DNA from: Lytechinus pictus
Taxonomy: Eukaryota
Direction: 5' to 3'
Assembly: GCF_037042905.1 (NCBI RefSeq)
Contig: NC_087250.1
Coordinates: 21,082,001-21,146,000, forward strand
Length of the DNA: 64,000 nt
Positions 1-12,900 of the stretch are shown one piece after another. Position 1 is the stretch's first letter. Each line of letters opens with the position of its first letter. The position numbers and the translations under genes were made by a program. Under the pieces are notes generated by a model that saw nothing but the letters and a program-made list of their open reading frames with translations, did not search any database and was not told the DNA's origin.

Positions 1-862
1 CCTTTCATTGACAAACCATGGGGAAATCAAGACCAATCTCAGAACGGAGAAGGGTTTAAAGTCTTTCACTCGGGTGTATATGCCTAGGGGTGTTACGTAA
101 TAGACGCCGGCATGCCTGGGAGGTCTAATACAGGAGAGCAATAGTTAGACTAACCAAGCAGAAGAAAAATGTGTTTTCACTTTGAAACATGTAACTTCAC
201 AAAGGTTATTTATTTTGGTTTAGCAATCAAGAGACCTGCTAAGAGTCTAGGAATTGGGATTGTTGGAAACTAGAACTGCGATAGCCCGAATTAAATAACG
301 ATCACGAGTTCGGTCGAATTCGTGTTGTCCGAACTTTTATCGCATTAGTCCGACGGGCTCTCATGACGGACGGAATATATTATGCAAGTCAATTGGCCTT
401 TTGCAAATTTCGTATTGATTCAATTTCCCCATGATTTGACAATATAAGGTCGCTTTAACAGAAATGATAATACACAAATTGTAGGTTTGCCGAAAATCAA
501 TTAAAGATTAAGAAAGTGAATATAATTTCAATTTTTGGATATGTGATTTCATAACTGAGCAGCTGTTTCATACTTTGATTAATATAAAGTGCCTAAATTA
601 AAATGTTTTACTTTGTTTGAGATGACTTATTTTTGTATTCTTTTTAGGAGTGGATGTGAAATAATTGGACTATTGATGTACTCGTGATACAGTAAAACCT
701 ACATGTAAATTTTCTGAGAAAGTGGCCTTTCGCCGATTATTTTACCATACGATATGAGGGACAACTGCTCGCATTACGTCACAAGTCAAATAACCAAAAT
801 GCTATTTTTACAATGAACACTTTTTAAGGGTGAACAAAATTTTAATAAATGGCTTGTAATTC

Positions 863-1030
863 TTTGGCCGGGTAGTCTATTAAAGGCGCTTGATCACAAA
901 AGTCATGTGTTGGGTCCTTGGTCACGGCACTTATGACCGTGAGCAAGGACATTAATTAACAATTTATTCTTCATTCAAACACATGAAAATGATAGAGCAT
1001 TATTTATAGTAATGTGTGCACTTGTTTAAA
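863..1030 (+). mobile_element. Diverged copy of tRNA-derived SINE
   Basis: Similar to the copy at 3290-3470 (ggcacttatgaccgtgagcaagg...ttcaaa...gtgtgcacttg). Confidence 0.5.
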
Positions 1031-1610
1031 AAACAATGAATTTTATTCAGTAGAATAGGAATGGTTTTGTAGTGTTCTCCTGAATTTCACAGTCATTTGC
1101 ATAATTAATTACTTCAAATTTATTCAAAACTACTCTTCAGCCTTGTAGTTTACAGCCGGCCCTAGGCACTTTATGCGAATTTTTGCGACTGGAACACAAA
1201 GGTTAAGATTAATTGCTGATTGAAATGGCCTATCAAGATCATCGTTGCATGCGTTTTTTATTCAGGAGACTATCGAGGAACCAATCAGAATTGTTCTTCC
1301 ATATTAGCGATTAGTTGATAACCTGTGTGTTACAGGCCCCAATAGTCGAGATCGGAAGGAGGGGGTGAATTTGATCTGGTCTTGCCCATTCCAAATATGA
1401 CCAAAACAGAGTGATATTCATTCTCAGACACGTTAACCAAACGTTTCAGTGCCCAAAAAATTAGACTTACAATCGATTATAACTTATAAAGTAAAAGAAA
1501 AAAAGCGAAAATGGAACTTGTTTATTTATAATGTGAATGTGTCCTATGAAGTTATTAATCACTAATTAATAAGCTATCTTGGCCGATTCTTAAAAATGCA
1601 GTTTTCACAA

Positions 1611-1790
1611 CTGGGCGTTGTGGCGTGCGCCTGTAATCCAAGCTATGTGGGGAAGTTACAAATTGATGCAGAGGTTCGAGGTACGAGCCCTGGTCACGTC
1701 TTTCGGATGGTGACGTAAAAGGTCGGTCCCAGACGTAAATAAACATATCTGATTGATACACGTCTGACAAAACTCAAATACACACACACA
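1611..1790 (+). mobile_element. SINE with 7SL-RNA (Alu-domain)-like head, B-box-like segment, Deu-domain-like segment and (CA)n tail
   Basis: Head ctgggcgttgtggcgtgcgcctgtaatccaagcta resembles the 7SL/Alu 5' end. Followed by gaggttcgaggtacgagccc (B-box-like), gtctttcggatggtgacgtaaaa and a (CA)n tail. Possible TSD cacaa at 1606-1610 and 1787-1791. Confidence 0.65.
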
Positions 1791-1883
1791 AACGAATTAA
1801 TGGTAAAAACGGTTTAAATCGATTACAATATTGATATTATATAATAAAAAAAAATAATATAATTTATTTATACAAAAATAAAC

Positions 1884-2575
1884 GGAGCCGTGGCCGAGTG
1901 GACTAAGGCGCCTAACATCACTTTTAAATGCACTGTCAATGATTATAAAGTCATTCATCTTTTTTTTTTTTTTTTTTATTATGTTTAAAGGCTTTTCAGT
2001 CTTTTTAGACTATTTAATCTGGGGTGATTCTTTAAAATGCAGCTTTCATAAGAAAGGTAATGGTTGAAGCAAAAGTACTTTGTTATATTAGCAGATTTCT
2101 GTCATATTATTTATTTATTGTTGGTTTGAAATTTTTTTAAATTGATTTCAACATTGATAAAAAATTATAATTACTTTATACAAAAATAAAATAAAACAAT
2201 TTTATTGTCATAGTTTTAAGGCGCCTGGCAATACATGGAAAGTCCGGGGTTCGATCCTCGGCGGCGGTACCAATGCCTGTTTTTAATCGATAATGGTCTT
2301 TTATCCTGCATTCAAATAAATGAACATGCAAAACACACTCTTGGTAACTAGGTGTGCACCTGTAAAAAAATTAATTGATAAAATTAAAATAACAAATAAA
2401 ACAAGTAACTTTAATAATACAAAAATAAAATGAGTCATAACCGAGCGGTCTAAAGGGCTTGACAATACATGGAAAGTCCGGGGTTCGATCTTCGATAATG
2501 GTCTTTTATCATGCATTCAAATAAATGAGAATGGTATACGCATTTTGGTAACTAGGTGTGCACTTGCTAAAAAAA
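1884..2575 (+). mobile_element. Cluster of tRNA-derived SINE2 copies (head 1884-1915; bodies 2217-2370 and 2437-2575)
   Basis: A box gtggccgagtggactaaggcgc and B box ggttcgatcc. The bodies share tacatggaaagtccggggttcgatc...ttggtaactaggtgtgcac. Confidence 0.7.
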
Positions 2576-2954
2576 TATAAAAGCTCAAATTTGTTTCACT
2601 GTCGAAATTGTTACTTCGAACAGTCGAATGCATTAAGAAATCTGTTTCGATCCAGACCCCCATGATCGATACCATGGTTTGCTTTCAATCGAAACATGCC
2701 GATAACCAATCAAGATCGTCGTCAAACGCTCAATCTGTTCCTAAGATTTGACTATCAGCCATTTAGATTTGTTCTTTCATTCTTGTGATTTAAATGGGTA
2801 GCGACCAACACTGACTCTGTTCATGTTTTAAGAATGGCTAGTTTACAAAAGGTTTTCCCCACAAACACCAAAAAACACAAAATCCAATACCATACATGAA
2901 TGGCTGGTCTCACAATGCATATTTTGTTAAATTAGACAAACTGAAGTTGATTTA

Positions 2955-3155
2955 GCATTGTGCTGCACTCAACCCAAGTGAGGTGAAGGGTACTTGGTAT
3001 GAATTTATTCCTTGAAATGCGTGTGCGCTGTAATCTTAGTAATTACGGCTGCCAAGCTACAGCTGGGGTAATATCCAAGTCCTTTGGAAGCGCATAGAGA
3101 CATTCATAATTGTGATGTGCGCTATACAAGAACTGTTTATTATTATCATTATTAG
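2955..3155 (+). mobile_element. SINE 3' part with L2-type tail
   Basis: tgctgcactcaaccca...aagcgcatagagac...gcgctatacaagaactgtttattattatcattatt, an L2-like stem plus (ATT)n tail. Confidence 0.5.
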
Positions 3156-3289
3156 CAAATTATTCACTTCCTCTATCTCCCTCTTTCCCCCCTTTTCTCA
3201 ACATACATCCACGCACAAAATCCAACACGATGCAATAATTTTACTTCGGGATGATTTTTTTTTTTGATATATATATATATTTTTTTTTA

Positions 3290-3470
3290 AAACAAGTCCA
3301 CACCTAGTTACCAATAATGCATATAGCATTTCCATTTATTTGAAAGCATGATAAAATAGCATTTTAGATTAAATGCCTTGCTCACGGGCATAGGTGCCGC
3401 GGCCGGGGATTGAACCACGGACTTTCCATGTATAGCCAGGCGCCTTAGACCACTCGGCCACGGCACCTCC
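3290..3470 (-). mobile_element. Intact tRNA-derived SINE2
   Basis: Reverse complement reads ggaggtgccgtggccgagtggtctaaggcgcctggc...gtggttcaatccccggccgcggcacc (A and B boxes). Same body as 2217-2575. Confidence 0.75.
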
Positions 3471-4446
3471 ACTTTTAGTCCTGTTATTGATCATTACAAC
3501 GCGCCCTCTCGCGCTCAAGATTAATTACTAATGCGTTCAGTAATTTTTACACAATAGCAATACACGAATAAGATTATGAATGTGGTACATCCTACTTCAA
3601 CCATGAATACCTGAATGAAAAATTCTTTGATACAATTTTGTGAAATTGCTAGTGAAGGCTCTAACTTGTTTCAAACATCACAACACTGATTATTAAAATT
3701 GTATGAAATGGCCGTCATACGTACGGAATGGTTTATATTAGTTGTTTGACATTGTCACATTGTGTCATATTGCGATTTAAAGATTTATGCGCGCGAATAG
3801 TACTGTTATATTAAAAGAGCTAAACTCATTATTAATGTTTGTACATTTTCCATATGTCGTGGGTAGGACAGGAAAGAGCAGTCAAAACGCCAAAAGATTG
3901 AGTTGTAGTCGATCTTTTATTTTACAGCCAGATCAAAACGTCATGAAAACGAAACCAAAACGAACAAAAACCCTGCAAAGACATGATAAATACATAGTGC
4001 CACAAGGCAGTCATATTCTGTAATATAGATCTTAGTATTGCATCGATAATAATATATATATGTTTTGTAGTAAGCTTAAGTGTTTCAACAAATATGAAAT
4101 TTATAATTTCTCTAAATTCAATTTGTAAATGATATTGAAATATTCAGCTATAGCAATACAAGTTATTCATTACCACCCTCATCTGTATCATCAAATCTGA
4201 TAATGAATAGACTGTATATCTCGAGAACATCGTCACCCCGAATGTGACATGAAAATCCTCTGACTTGTTTCTCAATCGTTACTTCCTTGTTATCCTCTGA
4301 TAACACTCGTCATCTTACAAGGCAAGAGCAAAATAAATTTGGAAATAAAATCTAACTTGCAACCCTTACTCTTAACTCTTTAAACCTGAAATATCTCCTA
4401 AAAATAAAGTTAAATGAAATGCATTCTGGAGTTAGGCCTACACGTG

Positions 4447-4478
<32 letters not shown>

Positions 4479-4505
4479 TACAGGTATATATATATATATA
4501 CATAC
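4447..4505. repeat. (TA)n microsatellite
   Basis: Interrupted TA run. Confidence 0.9.
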
Positions 4506-4618
4506 TCGAAAGTGTTCAATCAAATCCTCTATTGAATTTGATCGTAATGAAACATGTTCTAAAACCGAATTGTTTTAGACCGCTGAGAATTTCCAAACTA
4601 CAAAAGCACTTTTTACAT

Positions 4619-5640
4619 AGGGACCTTTCACACGTGAATCTTGAATCATTATTGCATTCATGATTGAAATTCGTCTTTAGAATCATACGACCTTTCACAC
4701 GTCAATCGAAAACTGTAATTTGAATTCCAATACTTTAGACCGGTTTAATAACATATTAAAACTTTATGCATACCAGTTTAACGAAGGTTGCCCCTAACAA
4801 CCGGAAAGCTTGCCCGAAGTTTGCCCGAAATAGCGAAAACTAATGTATGCAAAGTGAATTCCATTTATTGAAATACCATTATTAGGTACAGGTTAATGGA
4901 ATATATCGTTACTAGGCCCCGAGGGAAGATACATCCATAAATTTGACATTAGTAAACCGGTCTATTCCGGCCAAACGAATGCGGTATACGTATGTCCTTG
5001 GTGACTTGTCAATCAAAGCACTGCATCGATTCGATGAGTGCATGACAATTGTATTATCTACGGAAGTGCTTGAAAGGACACGTAAGCTCCGCCCCCGAAA
5101 GATGTTTTGGAGGTCAGACAAGCCTTTTACACCTAAAATTCGTACCGTCATTTTAGTGAAACTTAACTGGAATTCGCATCCGGAGTAGAATTTGAATTCG
5201 TGATTGTGATTAGCGTTTGTGATTCTAGTTTGGTTTCACATATGCTAAAAATTCGCCATTAGCCATAGTTTTCAATGGGATCATCATTCAAATTACGATT
5301 TTTTGCCGTGTGAAAGGGTGGGTTGAGTAAAAAAGATTACTGAGTGAAACGTCTTACATACTTGGCTGCCCAAGTGCATGCCGATCTACATGTTGAATAC
5401 TTGCACCTGCTCTAAAAATGTATGCCGTTCAGAGAAACATTAATCGCCCTTTCACACGGTCAAAAAAATCAAAATCTTGAATGTAAATGATTCCATTGAA
5501 AAATAGGGCTAATGACGAATATTTAGCAGGTGTGAAACCAACCTAGAACATGATTAGAATCACGAACGATAATCACAGTCACGATTACAATAGCAATCAT
5601 CATTATAATGATGATTCAAGATTCACGTGTGAAAGGCCCT
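4619..5640. mobile_element. Two inverted copies of a MITE (about 4619-5318 with an insert, and 5447-5640), Harbinger-like termini
   Basis: Termini (a)gggNcctttcacacg...cgtgtgaaagg(g/ccct). 5447-5640 is the reverse complement of the 4621-4650 plus 5200-5318 segments. Confidence 0.6.
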
Positions 5641-6908
5641 AAGTTAATACAAACAAATCTCTGCACCGTATTATCGTTGTTTTGCATACCCCTGTAGCTA
5701 TCCTTCGAATCTCTGTAGCTATCCTTCGAATCTAATAATTAACGATCCGGTTTAAAGTGCACTGCAGTCTTATAAAGCAGTAACAAAAATGTAGGTCTGT
5801 ACGTACAAGCAAGCATAATTCCAACCCCGACACTGAAAATTTCAACTTACACCACCACAAATATTTTCACGACTCATGAACTACTGGTAACGTGTTGATT
5901 GCTATGATTACATCGCTATAAAAAATACACCATGTCCTGTAGTTCAAAACCATTATAACTTCAAACATTTGACAAGAAGTATGCATTTTCCAGAAAAATT
6001 TTTTTTCTTCAGATATGTTATAAAATGTAATTCTCTGCTTTTATGACGAATAATTTTGTATAATTCATATTGAAAATTATATTTTATGAAAATTGAAAAA
6101 TGAATGTTTATTTGAATTGAATTGAAAATATTAATCATATCCGCTTTTCTGCAATTATCAGACTGTCGGTTAAACTGTTACGTAATCGGTTCAATTTGTA
6201 TTATGAACTCCACTGAAGTTTGAAAATGAGAACATTTATATTTATACTAATTTCATAATTATACATAAAATGTATAATCCATGTTACAAGCATATCGTAT
6301 GCCGATATTTACTTTTTTTTATTTAACAGGGTAGCCCCATTAGTAGTGACAAGGCTGTTATACTAGGAGGCCTTGCATAACATAAAACACATATACAATA
6401 CATAAATATACATGAAAAAACCATCCAATGGTGATATGAAAGATCAGTACAACATTTTATTTGATGCTACTTGTCAACGAGTAATAATAGAAAACAAATA
6501 TTTACAACATAATAGTTATTGATGAATACAATACATTTTCATCTTTGGTTAAATTAAGATCAACGAAAATACATGTATAATAAACAAACAGTTCATTTTA
6601 AGGCTACTAACAAATAAGTGTAAGAAGATATAAGACATTCGGTAGGAGCAAATCGGGTCTAAAGTAGTCATATTACTTATTATATTATAATAAGCTGCTT
6701 TTAGAAATAATATTAATGAATATTATAGTAGCTATCTCTACAAGATTGGGCAAAAAAACCATAAAGGCATGGAACATAGCAGTTGACTTGACGAGTTCTT
6801 GTGTTTTCAGCGTCTAAATCCATTCCATGGCGTGGTACTATGAACCCGCTTGCATTAGGCTTTGATGGCGCATTTAGGATTCAGCTTCACTCTCATCATG
6901 CTCATCGC

Positions 6909-6956
6909 TCAATCGATGTGGGGAATGTAGTAGCTTTTATAATAACCAAAATCATC
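6909..6956 (-). CDS. NLR putative terminal coding exon
   Basis: Strong polypyrimidine acceptor ttttgtgtctcgttttag|GAT, phase 0. Encodes DDFGYYKSYYIPHID followed by TGA. Confidence 0.55.
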   Translation of the reverse strand, partial: DDFGYYKSYYIPHID

Positions 6957-9900
6957 CTAAAACGAGACACAAAACAATATAAATGCCACCGAGATAAACA
7001 ACATTCATCAGTAATGACACATTTTTCAATTTATATATGATTTTTAACGTAACGGGAACGGAGACTATTTTTTTGGTTGACGTACATTGGTTTTGATAAT
7101 TATACACCCCTTGTTTTTGTTGCCTAATTCATTTGGTTATAACCCTCGTCCAATTCGGAGCCCATGCCCATAGCCCAGGGAAGCGCAGGTGCTGGGTGCT
7201 GAAGCGCCCCAATATCTACTTCATTTATTTATTTATTTATTTAATCTATTTATTGATTTAAATATTAATTTATTTATTATCATTATTATTACTTTTCTGG
7301 GGGGGGGGGGGTGCTGGGTATGTTATACACCATAGGCAATTCCCCCTGAAAACCACTTGGTGTGCAAATAAATGTAGATTTAACTTCTTGTAAAATACTT
7401 ATTTCATCTAAAAAATAGTTCCCATGTCCCTGTCCATTCCCCTTTTTATCAAATTTTCCTATCGTCCCCTATCTCGCTAATTTGTTAAATATATCTTCAT
7501 TTCGTCTATATCTTTTTATTCGTCTGTCGGTTATTGCGCTTACAATTCTCTTTATAGTATCATTTTAATCTACAATATGATTATACGATCAGATAAATAA
7601 TTTTCTTTTGATAAAATGGAAAAGCGAAATATAGAATATTGGGAAAATAGGTTAGATGTTTGCTTCCTTTTGCTAATTTCGTTTCGATTTTCAATTGTTA
7701 TTTTCACGGAACGATAACGGGAAAAAATCTAAACAAAACGAAACTTTTGTTTTGGTTTTAGCTATTGATTCTTCAATTCTTACTTTATTTTGGTGAAATG
7801 AAACTTAAATGGTCTAAAGGCACAGACACTTGTTCTTTTTTGCACAGTGCAGGGTCTGAAGCAGTTAGGCTAAAATCAATAAGTTCTGTGACTGACTCTA
7901 CTCTCATTTCACGCAAGATTGGGGTCAGTGCTTGCAGACTAATATCTTAATGGTCATTTCTGGGGTTATCCTTACTTTGATCTTGTTTCTAGAAATTGGA
8001 AACTTAGTCCCTCCTAAATCAAAATGCTGTAATTTTGAATGGAATAATTTTGAGATATAATATTTCGTAGGTGGTTTTCTAGAGTCATAAAGCAACTCTT
8101 GGGGAAAATGAAATTGATCGGTTTAGTCATGCATGGGTAATCAAAGAGTGAATTGAAAATTACATTTTTTTTACAGTCACAAGAGTAGTTTATCAGGTTA
8201 TGCCAATACAAAGTCGGGCGAATGCTTTTCTTTTGTGGTGAGTTTTATGGTGCTCATGATGTTTCACTATCCATCATTTAGCCACTCTACATACAATTTT
8301 GATAGCGTCTGTTCATGGTTAAGTGAGCACATTTTTGTGACGCATCATCATAGGGTTTTATGGTAGTATCCTCTATAACTTAAAAAAATACACGTAAGAA
8401 TTGAAAAGTGTTAGTGGCTCCCCTCCCCCAATTTCTCGGCCCCCTCCCCATTTTCAAATTCTGAATCCACCACTGATTTGTCCATAAATTTAACTGATCC
8501 TGAGAAATTGTTAGGAAATGGATGCATTTATGCTACACAAGAGTATTCATTCCTAAGTTTTCAAATGTAAAAACTTCAGAAAGTGTGCGGTGATACAAAT
8601 GACTGAAGATACAACCAACAGCAATCAAATCACATTTGAAACGGAATTTGCCCCTTTATAACCCCGCAAAATAACTGTGACATTGAAAATGCATTTTTCC
8701 CCTCTTTGATGCGTGCTCATCATCCATAAATAAACAAATCGATTTCATTTTTGCACAGAATTCCGCCCACAGGTTGATAAACATTACTGTCAAATGACAT
8801 TGATTAAGACAGCTTTGAAAGAAAGTTCCACCATATTAAATGAGGGGTTACTTATTCTTAAAGGTCCTATGACACCAATGTCATCTCATTTAGATACATT
8901 GCTATTATTAGGTAGTTTTACTTGAAAAATACGAATTTGCCATCGGTTCCTGTGTACGACGAACTGGTGTTGAGTTATTCCATGGAAATTAACTTCAACG
9001 GGAATGCCCACTAAAATTTTCGAAAGAGTCCGACCGATCGACCTGTCAATCATTGTGACGTCATCGAAGGAAGGCTTTCCCAGCTGTGCAGCCGGACCCC
9101 TAGTTATTGTACACGTTCATCGTGTAGTTGCTGTTTCGAACGAGCTCATCCTTAACGGATTTTTTTTAGATTTTTATGAGATTTTGATCATGGCTGCAGC
9201 ATCGTCATCAGCTGCGTCTGATTCTTCAGACTTTGAAGATTCAGGTTCTGAATATTATTCCAGCAATTCAATTTATCTACTTTGGATCCACATGTGCAAC
9301 CACAATAGGCACTTCACGCTCCAAACGTCAACAACACTCAGCAGCTTCCTTCCCTGACGTCATAATTGTCACGTGATATATACGAAACCAAATCTGGCTG
9401 AATTTTTGTGGGAGGGGCGAATTTGGCTCAATTTTCAATATAAAACTGCCTTTGAACCTGATGTGGGATATTTTTCGGGTAAAATTTTGATGGAATCGTA
9501 ATTAGTAACTACTAAGCTAACGAATAAGTCAGCATCTTTGCTGTATTTCATGGCACCTTTAAACATATTCACCCATAGTGTACAAAATGTATATGACAGA
9601 GGAAACCAAAATTTTAATAATATGGAAATGAGGGTTTGTTTCATAGACGGTTTTTGTTACTTTTGCCAACTTTTTTCCATGAAACTTTGCCCATGGCATC
9701 AGTGTGACACTATCCAAAAAGTGCGCACACTAAAATAATCATTCGGTACAGCAGAGTGGGAACAAGGCCTTGAACTTTCTTCGTTTTTGCATAATTTTCG
9801 AATATATTGTGCTCACTGAAGCATAAGGCACCGGGATTTCATAAAAATCATATCAAATGAACTATGCAAGAAGGTTTGTGACAGATATCCATAGTTAGCA

Positions 9901-12900
9901 ATTGCATTTTTCCCAATAGAGTAAAAAAAAGAGCTATTCACATTCCTCATGTTCATTCAAGCGGGAATGTTTAATTTAAACGCCTTTGAATCACTGAAAC
10001 ATGTTAATTTGTCATGAACGTAACGAAAAAAAGTTGATAAGATAATTTCAGTTCCCATAATAAAACAGTACTTGCCTATGATATTTGTTGACGATACTCT
10101 CCCCAAAAATAATTGTCATCTTGTCATCATATTCGATCATTTTTATCGATAGAAATGTGTAAAAAAAAATCAAATTATAGCAAATTTTGAATTGTGTTTA
10201 TTCAACCGTGAAATTTAGCAAAAAGAAAGTTGTACGGTCTTTTAGAAAGTATATTCTTCAAGCCATCTGACGATTTTTCGTGATGAAAATGTAAAATTCG
10301 TTCCAATAAAGTGGAATCAAAGTCATGATATTTGGCTCGCGACTTTTAAAAAGTGACAATTTTGCCTCCTTACGGTGGTCACTAAAGCATGGCATAAAGT
10401 ACGTCCGTAACATTCACTCTGAGGGTAGCTTATAAAATTACCTACACGCTCATGTAAAAATATATCGAGCTCTCTCAGTGGTTCGGAAATTATTGATGTT
10501 TGTCTAAGGAGGGACTTACTTTTTTGTTGTGTATTATTTCGACTCTGCCTTCTTTTTCTTATTTTCTTCACAAAGAGATAAAAGAATGTCTTTCGTTTTG
10601 CAATGTTGCTTATTTTTTTGCATTTACAACGTGAAACAAGTATGGACTGCATTTTTTTCTGTGGTGAGAAGTTTTGGTAATTGGTAAGCTAATAGAAATA
10701 AGACAGGTGGGAACTCATGCACTCCATGCCCGAAAAAATAAAACGAATAAGGGAATTATCAATGTCTTATATAATGTAACAAAATAAATGGCATATTCCT
10801 TGTCATGATTAAATATCTTTAATAATCATGTCATTCATCGGGGGTATGTAATTTTCTGAGTAATTTGCACAGGAGTGAAAAAAGAGAAAGGATTCTGAAA
10901 AGTATTTTGGCGGACAGTGTCTGAATTTTAAGACGAAAACAACATCACATGTACCGCATGTACCATAGTTGTTGTTTCTCACTGGAAATGACAATCGATA
11001 GAAAAAAAAGATAACGAGTGGTTATATTATATTTGTTTCATATAATGTTGTATTTTCATAGTTATATTTAAACGAATGTTTAGTTACCGATGGCCTGTTG
11101 TAGTTATTGCCTATAATGTAGATTTTCTACGATCATCACACAATGTATCAATTTACGTTTTTTTTATTGGGCATCGTAGGCCGCCACGGGCTATAATTTT
11201 TTGCGTGTGTGTGTGCGTTTATATTGTTTAAAGTCATCTTATGAATTAACATGCTTGACATCGTAGATGGCCGAATAAAAACCATCATGAGACAACGATC
11301 GTTATAACAAACTCACGCAGAAAATACAATAAGTATAGCATCACCATTCAATCACCCTTCAGTTTGCTGTTCGTTACAACATACTTATGCAATTTACAAG
11401 TCATAATTGTGATCGAGTTATGACTTCGATTTTCCTCCCTCAGGTTAAGTATATAACGCTTGATAGTTACGTTTTACTGGTATAGGATCGGTTTAACGTT
11501 AACTTGCATGAACGGAATATTTATATGTGGGGCTATGGACCGACTACGATAAGAAATATTCTGACTTTTATCCCTTTCCCTTCCCTTCATTTCGCTTTCC
11601 CCCTTTGACCTTTTCCTTACATTGAATATATAGCGAATTATATGTTAAAACGCGATCACTTTTTTCCCCACATTCAAGGCTTTTACCATACTGGGTGCTT
11701 TTGTTTCTTAATAAAAAAATGCTTCAATTCCTCATTGTCGTTGGAGTATGCTAAGAATTAAAGGTAAAATTGATTAACGCGCTTTGCCTGCTTTCAATTC
11801 AATTTATTTCACATTTGCATAAGACGACAGTACATATAATTACAGTGAAAAGGCATATAATACATAAGATCACACAAAATACCGATAATACAAATGTGTG
11901 GAAACTAACAAAGGCCAACGGCATATCGAAGGCAAATCTCAAACGGTTGCAAACAGAAAAAACGTGTTTAAAATAGAACCTAGGCAAAGACACGAATTTA
12001 TCAGAAATTCCATTTATATTCGTTGAAAAGAGTTGAGTGAATTATGAATCAGAGAAGAGCTACTACTACACATTAGATTTCAAATTGCATTAATTTAATC
12101 TTTCACTGTTGGATTATCTTTCGATTTATCCTGACACGTACATGCTTTACCATCAATAATGATACTAGTGTGTCAATAATGTGGTATTGAAATGACAGAG
12201 TGTACAGAAGCAGAGCATGTGACTTACATGGTAAACAAGCACGTGGAGATCGTTGGGTGATTTAGTGTGAAGGTGCTGGACGTGAGAAGCCACCTTACCA
12301 TTCGACATCGTCCGACAGTATAGCCTATATTCATAGGTCATGGGTTTAAGAAATCAAAATTAGATGGGGAATGTGTATCAAAGCAAGGAGATATCACTCT
12401 AACTCGTAGAGTGATATCTCCTTGATCAAAGTGTCTGCGTGTCTTGTACGTATATTTGTATGGTTGAGGTGGATATGCTAGTGATATTGGAATGTTTCGT
12501 TTGGATGGAAGATTTTTTGTTTACTCTTCCCTTCGGAAATCAAAATTTATACTTTATAATGCAAAAGTGTTTAAAACATCAGTCCCTTTGGAGTTAGCGC
12601 ATTGCACATTATAGGATTCCATGAGAGTTTGCAATAACGGATATCAAGATCATGGTTCTCCAAATATCATTTCAAATTGAAACGGAAGTGTGCGGAAGTG
12701 TTTTGTCTTTAGCTTCAGCATTAAGCTTGATTTGTTGAACATGCGTTTCGGCGACCACCTCACCCTAACAAATGTAATTGTTTGGCCTGCAGTGAACGTG
12801 AGATGATTATGACGAAGTAAATTATCTCAATCGAGTTTAAATTAATACATTTTGAGATTTGTATTGGTCGGCTTGGTGAAAAATATAATAAATAAAAACG

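Noticed and set aside
3395..3470. Possible tRNA gene
   Set aside because: A and B boxes continue into a multi-copy SINE body; no convincing cloverleaf.
4163..4313. Minus-strand open stretch RVLSEDNKEVTIEKQVRGFSCHIRGDDVLEIYSLFIIRFDDTDEGGNE* as a possible extra NLR exon
   Set aside because: Weak acceptor, phase does not fit exon 4, and a better terminal exon exists at 6956-6909. No recognisable domain.
9004..9357. 117-aa ORF with a Ser/Asp-rich segment
   Set aside because: Lies inside a Kolobok-like element and has no domain; at most a remnant of a transposon gene start.
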